A program made the translations under genes and the position numbers. The notes beneath the pieces are model-generated. The model was not told the origin of the DNA. It was given only the letters and a program-made list of their open reading frames with translations, and made no database searches. A stretch of DNA of 58,433 nt, counting the filler, from Sphacelaria rigidula (Eukaryota), in NCBI GenBank assembly GCA_964200075.2. It is 4 parts of 4 records of this genome, joined end to end, with 100 filler letters (N's around TTAATTAATTAA, not from the genome) between each part and the next. Parts side by side here need not be neighbours in the genome. Positions count along the whole stretch, not along the records: positions 43,904 to 58,433 come from CAXNAA020002203.1; 3 more parts are not named here. One strand, written 5' to 3'. This document shows, piece after piece, positions 48,801 through 58,433 of the stretch (its first letter is position 1; every line of letters starts with the position of its first letter).

Positions 48801-51654
48801 GAAGGGGGGCAAGGGCCAAATGTCATGTGTGTCTGCAGCGGTGAAAAGTGGTATTCTCATTACGAATGGAATAGTCAAGACTACCACGCAGGAGTGCGAA
48901 GGCCAGCAAGCTTTCCCTGGCAAATACAGCTTTCCACCAGGTGTAATTGACGGCCGATCCCGTCTCCCTTCCCTCCCTCCCCCTCCCCCCCGACAAAGCA
49001 GTGACCACACCAAGCCACCGAAGCAAGAAAAATCGAAAAGACAGCGCCTGCATAACAAATACCCACAACGGGAGAGCTTGCGCGACCAAAAAAATGTATT
49101 ACGAAACAGAAAGCGTTGTAAACCATGAAAACGTAGCGAATTACTTGCGTGCACCTTATCAGAGGCGAGGGCACGGTTATCGGCGCTAAGTGCCTCTCCA
49201 GAGCCCGAACCGTGCGCACAAAAAATGACAGAGTGAGGGCCGAAGAACCATCGCTGTTGCTGCCGCTACTGCTGTTGCTGCTGACGCCGCAGTGTCCGTT
49301 TTCTATCGGTCCCATTGGCGTTTGCGCTACGCCACCCGCCATGCCCCTCACGTCATCGGAGTGGCATGCGGCGCGGCCGCCTTCGCCAGTAACGTTGTCT
49401 TTTTTGTTGCTATTGTCATCATTGCCATTGCGGCTGCTCTCGTTGCGGTGGGCGTGCGCAAGGGCGGCGGAGAGCATGGACCACGCCTCCTCGACCTAAT
49501 CGCTCGTGAGAATCGGGGCAAGCAAAACAGCGTTTGTCACCCTTCTTCATGTGTGCAGTATACAGAAGAAGAGCCGCCGGCACACGAACGTACGTCAGAA
49601 GTTTTTGTGTGCGAGTTCGGAATGTTGATCACCATGGCGAACGGCAGGTGTACGCACACTCGAGCGTGGTACATGAAGGAAACTTGCACCCATTTTTCTC
49701 TCGCTAGAATGGAACTCATGCCCCCGCGCATCGTAACAACAAATTAATCGCTTCACGATATGCACCGAACATGCACACTCCCCGATATTTTACGCCCTTC
49801 AAGCTACGAGCACCGTGCGTTTCCCATCCACCTGAGGCTTGTGAACCACCATAATGTTTTTCTCGGCTTCTTTCGCTCGGAGCAAGTGTCATTTCCACCA
49901 TAGTATAGTACATGCCTTTTCAATGGAATTAAGCGTCGTTCCAATCAATGTACCAAATAATCGATCTAGCCATGGCAGACCCCCCCCCCTCCCCTGACCT
50001 CTTCTGCTTTAGCCGACGCGATGCTCCCCTCTTCTCCCGAGGACACGGGATCCTCCCACCCATCCAAGGCCTCAAACGGCCGAGTCCCCTGCGGGGCCGA
50101 CAGTGCTGCCGCCACGGCGGCTGCCGCAATAAGATATGTCTCGTTCGTTTGCTCAGCGTATCTTCTGAACTCGTATATAGGACTGGCCCAGCATGGCCGG
50201 TATATATAGTGTGCCGCCATCCAAAAAGCACGGATACGATCGTGGCGGAATGCAAGAGCAAGTGAGTGTGACGGGGGGAGAAGGGGGGCAGGGGGGGCAG
50301 GGAGCGGAAGCGGTACATGAGATGTACGGCCGGCGAATTGAGAGGTGGACGGTATACTTGTTGGTGTGGGCTGATGCTGATAAAAAATAGCCACTGAAGC
50401 GACAGAGCTTGGACTGGCGGAGGAAGTTCGCGACCAGTCACCGCTGTCAGTGAGTGCAGCTGACTCAGACGTAACTTTGGGGTAATGTAAACGCCGTTAC
50501 TCGTAGGCAACATACGTGACCTAGCGGGAGAGATTAATTTCCAGAGGAGGGGTTCGAGAAGCGTTAATATAACATCTCGCAGCAACGGAGCACCATCAGC
50601 GCATCGAATGAACAAGCCGTGCGCCTGCCTCTACTTTCGGTGTTACCTTCCGTCCTCGCTACCTCCTGCGCAGATCAAACCATGCCCTGCCGCTATCGCT
50701 GCCTCCCTGCACTCAGGAGAGCAGTACAGATCTTCGCACGGCGCCCCTCCCTCGCACCGCCAGATCGTACCACAACCCCTCTTGCCCCCAGCAGCGTCGC
50801 CTGCATTGCCATTGCTATGAGTACAGTTGTTGCCACCGCCGTCTCCGTCTTCGCTATGATCGCCACCAGCACAATTATCCGCTTCTTCTCCTCGGGAGGT
50901 TGGCGGGACTCGGGGAAGACGAGGCAACTCACAGGGACGCGCGAAGGCCACCGCGAGCCGTCTAGATCGCTGCCGCCGCTGGACCAATGATGGTGACGGT
51001 GGTGATGGCGATGATGGTAGCAGAGTTACTGCTGACATAGCCCTACTGTTGTCGTGGCCACCGCAGTCGCCGACGCTATCCTCAGCGGCCCAACGTCTCT
51101 TCCTGCCGCCGCCGTTGCTGTTGTTTTCGGTGGTGGTCGTTGTTGTTGTGTGGTTGGTGCGGGGGTTTCTATGCTTCTGAGGACTGCCACAAGAGAGACC
51201 ATCAAGCATGGCGAGCTGCATAGCTTCGGTTCCCAGGAACTGGTGACAGGCTGCGCAGACCAAGACCTGCGCGCACGTTCGTCTGCACATGTGGGTGGGC
51301 GAGTTTCACTCGCAGGGGAAAGTGAGCTCGCTGGTGATGGGCCCCTCGGGGTGCACACGCATCTATTGAACCGTAAATCAGGTGGCTGTCATCCCAGCAA
51401 ACCGCGCCTACCGATAAATAGCGCACACCACATCAGCAGGACGCAGCGGATCAAGCTGCACCCAAGGCATAACTATACAGTTGTGCTGCGCGCACCTCCT
51501 TCCTGTTGGCCAGCGTCTGGTGCACCAGAAACGGTGGCGAGGCTCCAACCACCTCGCCCTTGTCTATTGCACGGGTCGCGAAAACCTGTCGCAGTTCGGC
51601 AAGAGAAAGCGCCCGGTGTGACAACCAGAAGCATGGGCACGATGGCACTTCCAT
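45840..51654 (-). CDS. SMYD-type SET + MYND zinc finger + TPR protein (putative lysine methyltransferase); 3' end extends further
   Basis: Exons include 51654-51496 (RQVFATRAIDKGEVV), 51266-50647 (CAAC..CEDLYCSPEC..HGLIC, MYND), 50182-49999, 49495-~49155, ~48564-48270, ~47790-47625 (DHSCVPN), ~47206-47017 (ELFAPY..FACCCPRC, post-SET) and 46105-45840 (TPR-like ALALYKASL..ALHGVGVALLTAGRFGQACQAW). Confidence 0.82.
46206..46706 (-). mobile_element. Family A, long intronic copy with TSD
   Basis: Flanked by gaggagggagg (46195-46205) and gaggagggggg (46707-46717). Confidence 0.85.
47375..47551. mobile_element. Small inverted-repeat element in a SMYD intron
   Basis: gcaccgtaggtaaggta ... taccttacctacggcgc, rich in ggtacc/taccg. 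It is flanked by a 22-bp near-identical direct repeat. Confidence 0.7.
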
Positions 51655-52659
51655 ACGTGACAGGGGAACACGGTCTTTACTGCCGGACCCTACCGGTCGA
51701 ACACTACGAAATGCCCACAAAAACAGGGCGACCTGCTTTTCACTAAGCGACGGGAACATATCATTCACCCCTAACGGTAGAAAAAAAGTGAACTCCAGAA
51801 CAGCGTACGGTAAACATAACGTTTGGATTTCTTCAGTAAATTAGAATGTTTCTTTTGAGTCCCACAAATTTCTCAGGTTCCAGTGTTTCAAACCCAAGCA
51901 TCTGAGAGTACGATTATTTTCACGAAATACGTACACCACCGCCTCCGTACGGAACATGCTCCTATACACACAGCCTTACGCGGATGCACCACACCATCTT
52001 CATGTACACATGAATCTGACATGACAGTGCCGAGACAGTTCGACACTGCTCTTTCGACATGGCTGCAGAGCTTACGGACCCTCGCATAATTTCACGCCTT
52101 TCCAGATACGGCCAAGCTTTTACTGACGGATTACCGATGCGCTCCTGCCCCCGGCCACCCGAGTAGGGACGGCTTTGTTGGGGTAAGCTAAACCCAACCA
52201 GGAATCAAACAACACAACCACGCGAGAGAGAGAGAGTGGTATGACCTATAGACTAGTATGTGTTTTGTGTCGGCGGTGATGCAACACACAATCTAGCCGG
52301 TGGGCAATGCCGAAAGTGCAAAACTCCAGGTTCAACCCTGCAGCTGCCAAGCTATTACCCTGTACTGAGACCCAAACTCTATCCCGCAGCTGGGTCACTG
52401 TCACAGGAACCACATTGATGGAGGTGAGGCACACGTGTGAACAAGTGCCAGATTCGGCGGACTGAAGCTAGCGACAGACGCGGGTTGGCAAGGCTACACT
52501 CTTCCCGCGAGGCCACAACAACGGGTAAGTACCGTGACCGACGTGCAAGGAAGTGGAACGGGAAAACAAAATCGCGGGTATCAAAAGAAGGAGAAACACA
52601 TCCAAAAAGAAGGCATAATGAAAAGAAAAGCGTGTAAATATGGAAAAGGCTGCAGCTAG

Positions 52660-55600
52660 GTTGCGTGCAGGGGAGCTCAAATTGGGGACCTATGACGTCC
52701 ATACACTGTCCCTCACAGATAAGAGCGGCGTTGGTCAGGCCATTCTGGGAAAGTGTCAAGCGGTGGGATGTGACGCCATCGGATTGCAGGACTAAAGAGA
52801 GCGGGTGCAACCGAGTTCGTTGCCACGGGATATCGTGTCTTCTGCTGCGGGCCGGAAGGTGGCATGGCAAGGGAAGGGTTGGACAGAATGGGGTCGAGTT
52901 GGCGGTCAAGGAGTCGATAATCAAGGAGACGACGCGGACTCAGGCACTCATCAGCGAAGGCATTTTGTCGATGGCCTTCAACCTCGCAGGCAAATCGAAC
53001 GCTTTCGCATTTGTGGTTGGGTATGCCGCTACAGACACCTCAAAGTCAAGAGAAGAGAAAAAAAGCATGTTCCGAACTGAGTTCGAGAGCATTGTAAACC
53101 GATTCCCGACAAACAACACGCGTTTATTTTCATAGACGCTCTCGCTAGGACTGTCGTGAGAACGGGCGAAGAGGACTGTAACATAGCGGGGGGCATTCGA
53201 CCCGGACTCCTGAACCAACGACAGCAACCGCACCTCTTTTGCTACAATCTGCGGGTGACAACAGGCTTGGCCTGGCCAACACGTTTTTCTACCCCCAAGT
53301 GACGCACGTCTCGTACGTTCAACGGTATTGCGAATCGTCCCGCGGACAACAAACGCATTGAGTACATCCTCACACGGCAAGATTGTCGTAGGCTTCTTGG
53401 CGGTTGTCACCGTCCACCTTCACCCACCCCACACTACTCTGACCACAATATCGTATGCGCTTCGGTGCGACCCGTTGGGCGCTTTGCACGCAACAGACCT
53501 CGGCGTATCCAAATGCCGACCGATTCACAGGCGGGCAGTAATATATCCGACACCGACAGACGTTGGCAACTCACCCAGTTCATCGTCAGCGAGCTCAAGC
53601 AGGGTAGAACTGGCGATGCGGTCAGTGCACTGGCGGTCAACTTTACCAGCGTACCTCTGAGCTCCGCTGAGCAGTTAGTGCCCAGTCACATCTGATTGCC
53701 TCGTATACCGGGGTGGTTCGACGATGTTGCCATCCGAACGGAGTTCGAACAGGCCTGAAATGAGAGGAAAAGGGCCAGGTCGACGGTGCGACTGGGACCG
53801 AGAGAAAAACCCGCATGGCGTGTATCACGAGTAGCGTGCGGGAAACTCAAAGAGGTGACCCAAACTGGGGTGGACAGGTACCTGGAGGTATACGCGAAGG
53901 AACTGAAGGAGTATTTTAGGATTGGAGACATGAGAGGATTATATCGATATGATGTTCGTGGTGCGCCGACGACGGGAAACAATGTTTTCGTGAGATTGAG
54001 AGTAGAGGATACTATTGAGAGTGAAGAGTGGTCAGTTAGTGAATGAATCGCTCCAGTCTCGAAATGCTCCTCCACGAGGCCCGATATGCTTTCTGTAGTA
54101 GCTTTCTACTGAGGCCCTTACTATCTTTGAGGAGGATATCGACGCGTAGCTGTAAGCATACGCCACTGATGGAGGCAAAGAAAAGCACACGCGGGATGCA
54201 AAAATGGCTAACTTAAAGGGAGTGGTCAAAACCACTCTCAATCAGCGCTCTACTCTCAATCCCACGAAAACGTTGTTGGGAGTGGGGACGAACGAGCAAC
54301 CTCCCACTAACCATGTGCTTCATCGACCTGCAGAAAGCCTACGATTCCGTGGACCGCACGCTCGGTGGGGAGTGCTTGCCCTCTTCAGAGTCCCGCCGCG
54401 AAAGAACATAATTATCTGTAAGTTTCACGACAGCATGAGAACTCGAGTACAGCTGGATTATTACAGATCGTCAGAATGGTTCCACGTCTGCCGGGGACTC
54501 AGACGAGGATGTGCTTCGTCCTCGCTGTTGTTCAATATCTTCGGCGCAGCCGTGGTCGACGAGATCTTACAGCAGTTCGCGACAGACCCAGTCATCGCCT
54601 CACACCTGGTATATGTAGATGATGTGCCAACAGGTCACGGTAGTAAACCCCCGAGATGAGGTGCCGCTGGAGAAGGTGCGGTGCGCTGTGCGGGGAATGC
54701 TATACGCCGATGACGCTGGCATAGTCTTCAGGTTCCCAAAGATGCTTGCTAGAAAATTATGGCCGCGGTCGTGGTGGACTGTAAGGAGTTCGGATTTACG
54801 GTATCGGAAGGTAAGGCAGAGTTCACGTGCCTGTGGCCAATACCCAGTTCCGCAGAGACCGCCCTGCACATCAGCGCGGGAGGTCGGCGGTATAAGCAGA
54901 AGGCAGAAGGCAGATTTTGTCTGCCTCGGTGGTGATGTCAGCACGGATGCAAAATGTTTTCGTCGAAATCAACCGCTGCGTCAGCGCTGCGTGGGCTCGC
55001 CTCTGAAAGCGTAGTTTCCAACTCTACGATCGACACAACGCCCAGTAATCTCTGAGGATCCGGCTACGCAAAGCGGAGGTGGTGGAAGCCATGCTATACA
55101 GATGTTCTACATGGACGCTGCGTTTTGACGACTCCACGAGTCTGCGCATTGCACGCCACGAGATTTCGCTGCAAGTGGGATGGATTCCGCAGGAAGGAGC
55201 GAATTGCTTTCGTAGAGAGATGTGCTCGAGATGGTGAACTGCAAACGTATCGAGGCGCCCACCTGCCAGTGTCAACTCTTATCGTGGGGGCCTTTGTACG
55301 GTAGGACGAAATAGTCTTCCGAAACGCATCATGCGCGGACGGCTAGCCGTACAAGGACCCACGGAGGCTGGCCACCCCCCCAAACACTGGGGGACAACCT
55401 CGAGGAGACCCACGTGTACTAGGGGCTTTTCCACGCGAAGGAGCACGACGGAAGTGGTTCGTCTACGGTGTGGAGATTAATAACGCACACGATGGGGTCG
55501 CTGCGGCAGAGGACATGGGAAAATGGCGTCTTGGGGTCGAGAACGAGGCGGAAGAGTTCGAGGACACGTGGCGACGCGAAGACAGACAACAATCGGACCT

Positions 55601-56190
55601 CTGCCACAAAGGAGAGGCTGCTGCGTCGAGAACCGCCAATCAGCAGTAGCGCGATGGAAATGGCCGAGAGGACGTCCCGCTTTGTGTCCGACAAGGAACG
55701 AGTGGGGGAAGCTGGGTCAACACGGAAACCGATGTACCCCTGTCTTAAGCTATCTGTTGTTGATTTTGTACTCGGTCGATGGTCTTACGGTGTTCCCTGT
55801 TTGTGCATTTGTACCTACTGTACTATACTGTGCCCTTGGACTTCATCACTTTCGTAGTCTCCTTCCCTGTTATCTCTCTCTCTCTCTCTCTCTCTCATAT
55901 TTTTTTCCCTCTAGGTCTCTATGCAAGTCGCAGTCTGGTGCCTCGCTTCCGTAGGGCTCATGAGTGAGAGCACGTACCTGAAACAGTGTGGCCGAAATAG
56001 ATGAGCCGTCATCTGTTCCCACGTTTTGTTTTCGTTTTCGTTTGGATAGGAGTGCATGTGCTTTTGCGCAACACCTTTTCTACCTGAAGACATGTTGCAG
56101 AGGCCGGCCATTTATATTTTTTCTCCCGTCTCTTTTTCATTTCTGTTTGTCAGTCTCATCTTTCTGCCTTATCCACTCTTCGCCAGCGAG
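52660..56190 (+). mobile_element. Degenerate RTE-like LINE with APE endonuclease and RT remnants
   Basis: APE-like LKLGTYDVHTL, GVELAVKESI and FVVGYAAT; RT-like CFIDLQKAYDSVDR, WFHVCRGLRRGC..LLFNIF, MLYADDAG and FVCLGG. It has many stops and frameshifts, an internal deletion and a nested MITE. Confidence 0.9.
53978..54277. mobile_element. MITE family M1 nested in a LINE (4-bp TSD GGGA)
   Basis: ggga|aacaatgttttcgtgagattgagagtagag ... ctctactctcaatcccacgaaaacgttgtt|ggga; imperfect TIR of ~45 bp. Confidence 0.88.
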
Positions 56191-56195
56191 TTTTT

Positions 56196-57368
56196 CACAC
56201 GTCGGACAGATCATGATCTGTGTCGCCCGGGTTACACAGGTAGAGTATGACCACGTTTGCGTACACGATTTGGATGATTTGGATGGCAGTGCAACTCGTT
56301 ATGAAACGGTTCCCGTGTTTCGGGTATCACCGAGTCATGAGGGTATCACAGGTTGTTATCGGCGTTTCGAGTACACCTGATTCGGAACACACAAGTGTGT
56401 TTACGGAGGCGATGTACAGATAAAACGGAGTATGCACATTACTCATGGCCATCCTAATACAACCAACTTGGGTCATACAGATCACCGTCAAGCGGACTTG
56501 TACGAATCACACGGGTCATACAGATTGTTCGTCAAGCCATATGTACAGAGCAACCGGGCTCTGTAGGTCACCGGCCGAGAAATGTGCATACGGATTTCAG
56601 ATCACTCGCAGATCGCAAAGGTCATACGGCTGATAGCCAGGCGGGCTTGCGGGAGCCACCCGTGCTCCATCAACGCTGGCAATGTGCACGTCGATGACTT
56701 TCCCCCGGAATTTTCTGTCAGATGCTGGCCGAACAGCGTTATAATGTGTCAATTGAGAATAGAGCAACAGTGACCCTTTCTTTGCAAGCCGCACATGGGT
56801 GCACAATCTGAACAAAGAAATACGAAAATAGTCGTCAAAACTCTGTACAGATATCTGTACCTCCTTCATGAAGTCACCGGGGCATCAACTTCATGTTCCA
56901 TGTGCCCGTGGTGTTACAGTCAACCTACCGTATTGCGAGCATGCACCACGCACCAGGGTCATACAGGTTAGCAGGTGTTGAATACTGAATACTGTTTCTT
57001 TTACACTGGATTCGGATCTTGCAGGCGCGGGAAACTGTTTCTTGTATACTGAGTTCGGATTCCACAGGTAAGGGGCAGCTTTCCGTACACATAAGATTCA
57101 AATCACACCGTTCGACGAGAAGCTGCTGTGTTTGAACGAGCCAAGCTATACAGATGGCAACTACGCGGTGTTGTACAGATGACACAGTTCTGCAGATCAA
57201 CTCTCCATGAAAGTGTGTGTGTGTGTGAAGCGGGTCATACAGCTCGTCACTCAGATCTCCATCGGACAAGCGTGCACGGGTGACAGCACACCTCGGCCAG
57301 ATCACGACCTCAGTATGCCCCAAATGAGCCGACCCGGATCTGTCACGATCTGATCTATCTGACGTGTG
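56196..57368. mobile_element. ~1.2-kb non-coding element with CACAC-ended TIR
   Basis: cacacgtcggacagatca ... tgatctatctgacgtgtg; the interior is enriched in acagat/gatc motifs. No TSD seen. Confidence 0.6.
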
Positions 57369-57885
57369 CAGTGTTTTCGTTTTGTCCATCTTGAGTGCGT
57401 CTATCTCGTGAATGATATCCGCGGCTGGGTCCCTTGGGGATTACCTAATGTGCGACCATCAACCAATCTACCAATTCATCAATCAGACGCTGATGGTACA
57501 TATAGAAACGTGGCATGGTGAACGAGGGAACCCGGGAGACACAAAATGTACACAAAAGTGCCAGCGTGGCTTGTTAGAGTTTTGTATTGCTAGCATTGAT
57601 TTTTGATGCGTGCATACAGTTGGACACACCTCATCCGTCCCCCGCTATTATCGGGAAGAAAAAAAAACTAACCCGACCGCACCAGGATGGAATGTTCCGT
57701 GCGCGCATGACGTATGCTTGTGGAATTTTCTTCACCCTTCAGGAATATGAAATATTTACCCTCGGTCTTTTCTGTTTCCACATTTTCCTTCTTTCTCGAA
57801 GCTTGATACAATTAGGCGTCTGACCTGGGGACAGAAGGGGAGGGTTCCAAAGGGGATAATATGGAAACTTGCATGACTTTTCCCA

Positions 57886-58433
57886 GCCTGGCCCGGCGAG
57901 AACCCGGCGTGCTCCGTCCCGGCTTTGTAGGGGCGGATGGTTGGCGTCGGTTGGCGATGACGCTGTAAAACACGACACTCACTGCGTAAGCTACGTGAAC
58001 AGGTTACCGATTTTTTTGCGCACTTACGTTTTTTTGCGGTAACCATGATGGTAGTCTAGCTAGATCATGTTGTGCGGCGTGGGAGAACCTCAACTCCGCA
58101 CAATGGCGATGATCGTACTGATTGATTTGATTGCTTGTCGCACTTAAACTGACCGCCTAGGGGTCCAGCCATGGTCTCATGATAGACGTACCCAAGTAAA
58201 ACGAAACTGAAACACGCTCAAGGGGGCAAAAAATACGAAGGAAAAAAAAAAACGAGACAGAAAAAAAAAAACGGTGTAATCGTGAGACACCCATGAGGCA
58301 GTGCATAAGCCGCGGCTGTCTCTGGAAGCTACAATACCAGAAAATAACGCAACTCATTGTCGGCTGTCATCCAAATGCAAGATAACCAGTACGCTTCGGG
58401 CCGAACAATCTTAGCAGGATGCAGATCACCCTT
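57886..58433 (+). mobile_element. Family A, opposite orientation, interrupted at ~58120-58285 and running off the window end
   Basis: cctggcccggcgagaacccggcgtgctccgtcccggctttgtaggg is the reverse complement of the 46-bp motif. The body matches the reverse complement of 44000-44360. Confidence 0.85.

Overview
This is eukaryotic, intron-rich, repeat-dense genomic DNA. Gene content and style suggest a stramenopile, most likely a brown alga (inference, not proven). It is a draft scaffold with four N-gaps, three containing an artificial TTAATTAATTAA linker. Most entries in the ORF track are spurious, and the real genes appear only after manual splicing. I reconstructed six genes from phase-consistent exons: (1) a minus-strand glycosyltransferase-like gene (4220-~12564) with a GC-AG intron; (2) the last exon of RNA polymerase subunit RPB6; (3) the SMC5/6 SUMO ligase NSE2/MMS21; (4) the first exon of IFT20; (5) head-to-head with IFT20, a 13-exon monodehydroascorbate-reductase-like flavoprotein fused to a C-terminal EF-hand pair; (6) a SMYD-type SET/MYND/TPR protein. 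The rest is mobile DNA: decayed RTE-like LINEs, two tRNA-derived SINE families and several MITE families (hAT-like, Stowaway-like, and two with 4-bp G-rich TSDs). There is also a ~500-bp unclassified element in 10 copies, with one fixed end, variable truncation at the other, an internal ~46-bp direct repeat and a strong association with G-rich tracts. The best novelty candidates are the MDHAR-EF-hand fusion and this G-tract-associated element.
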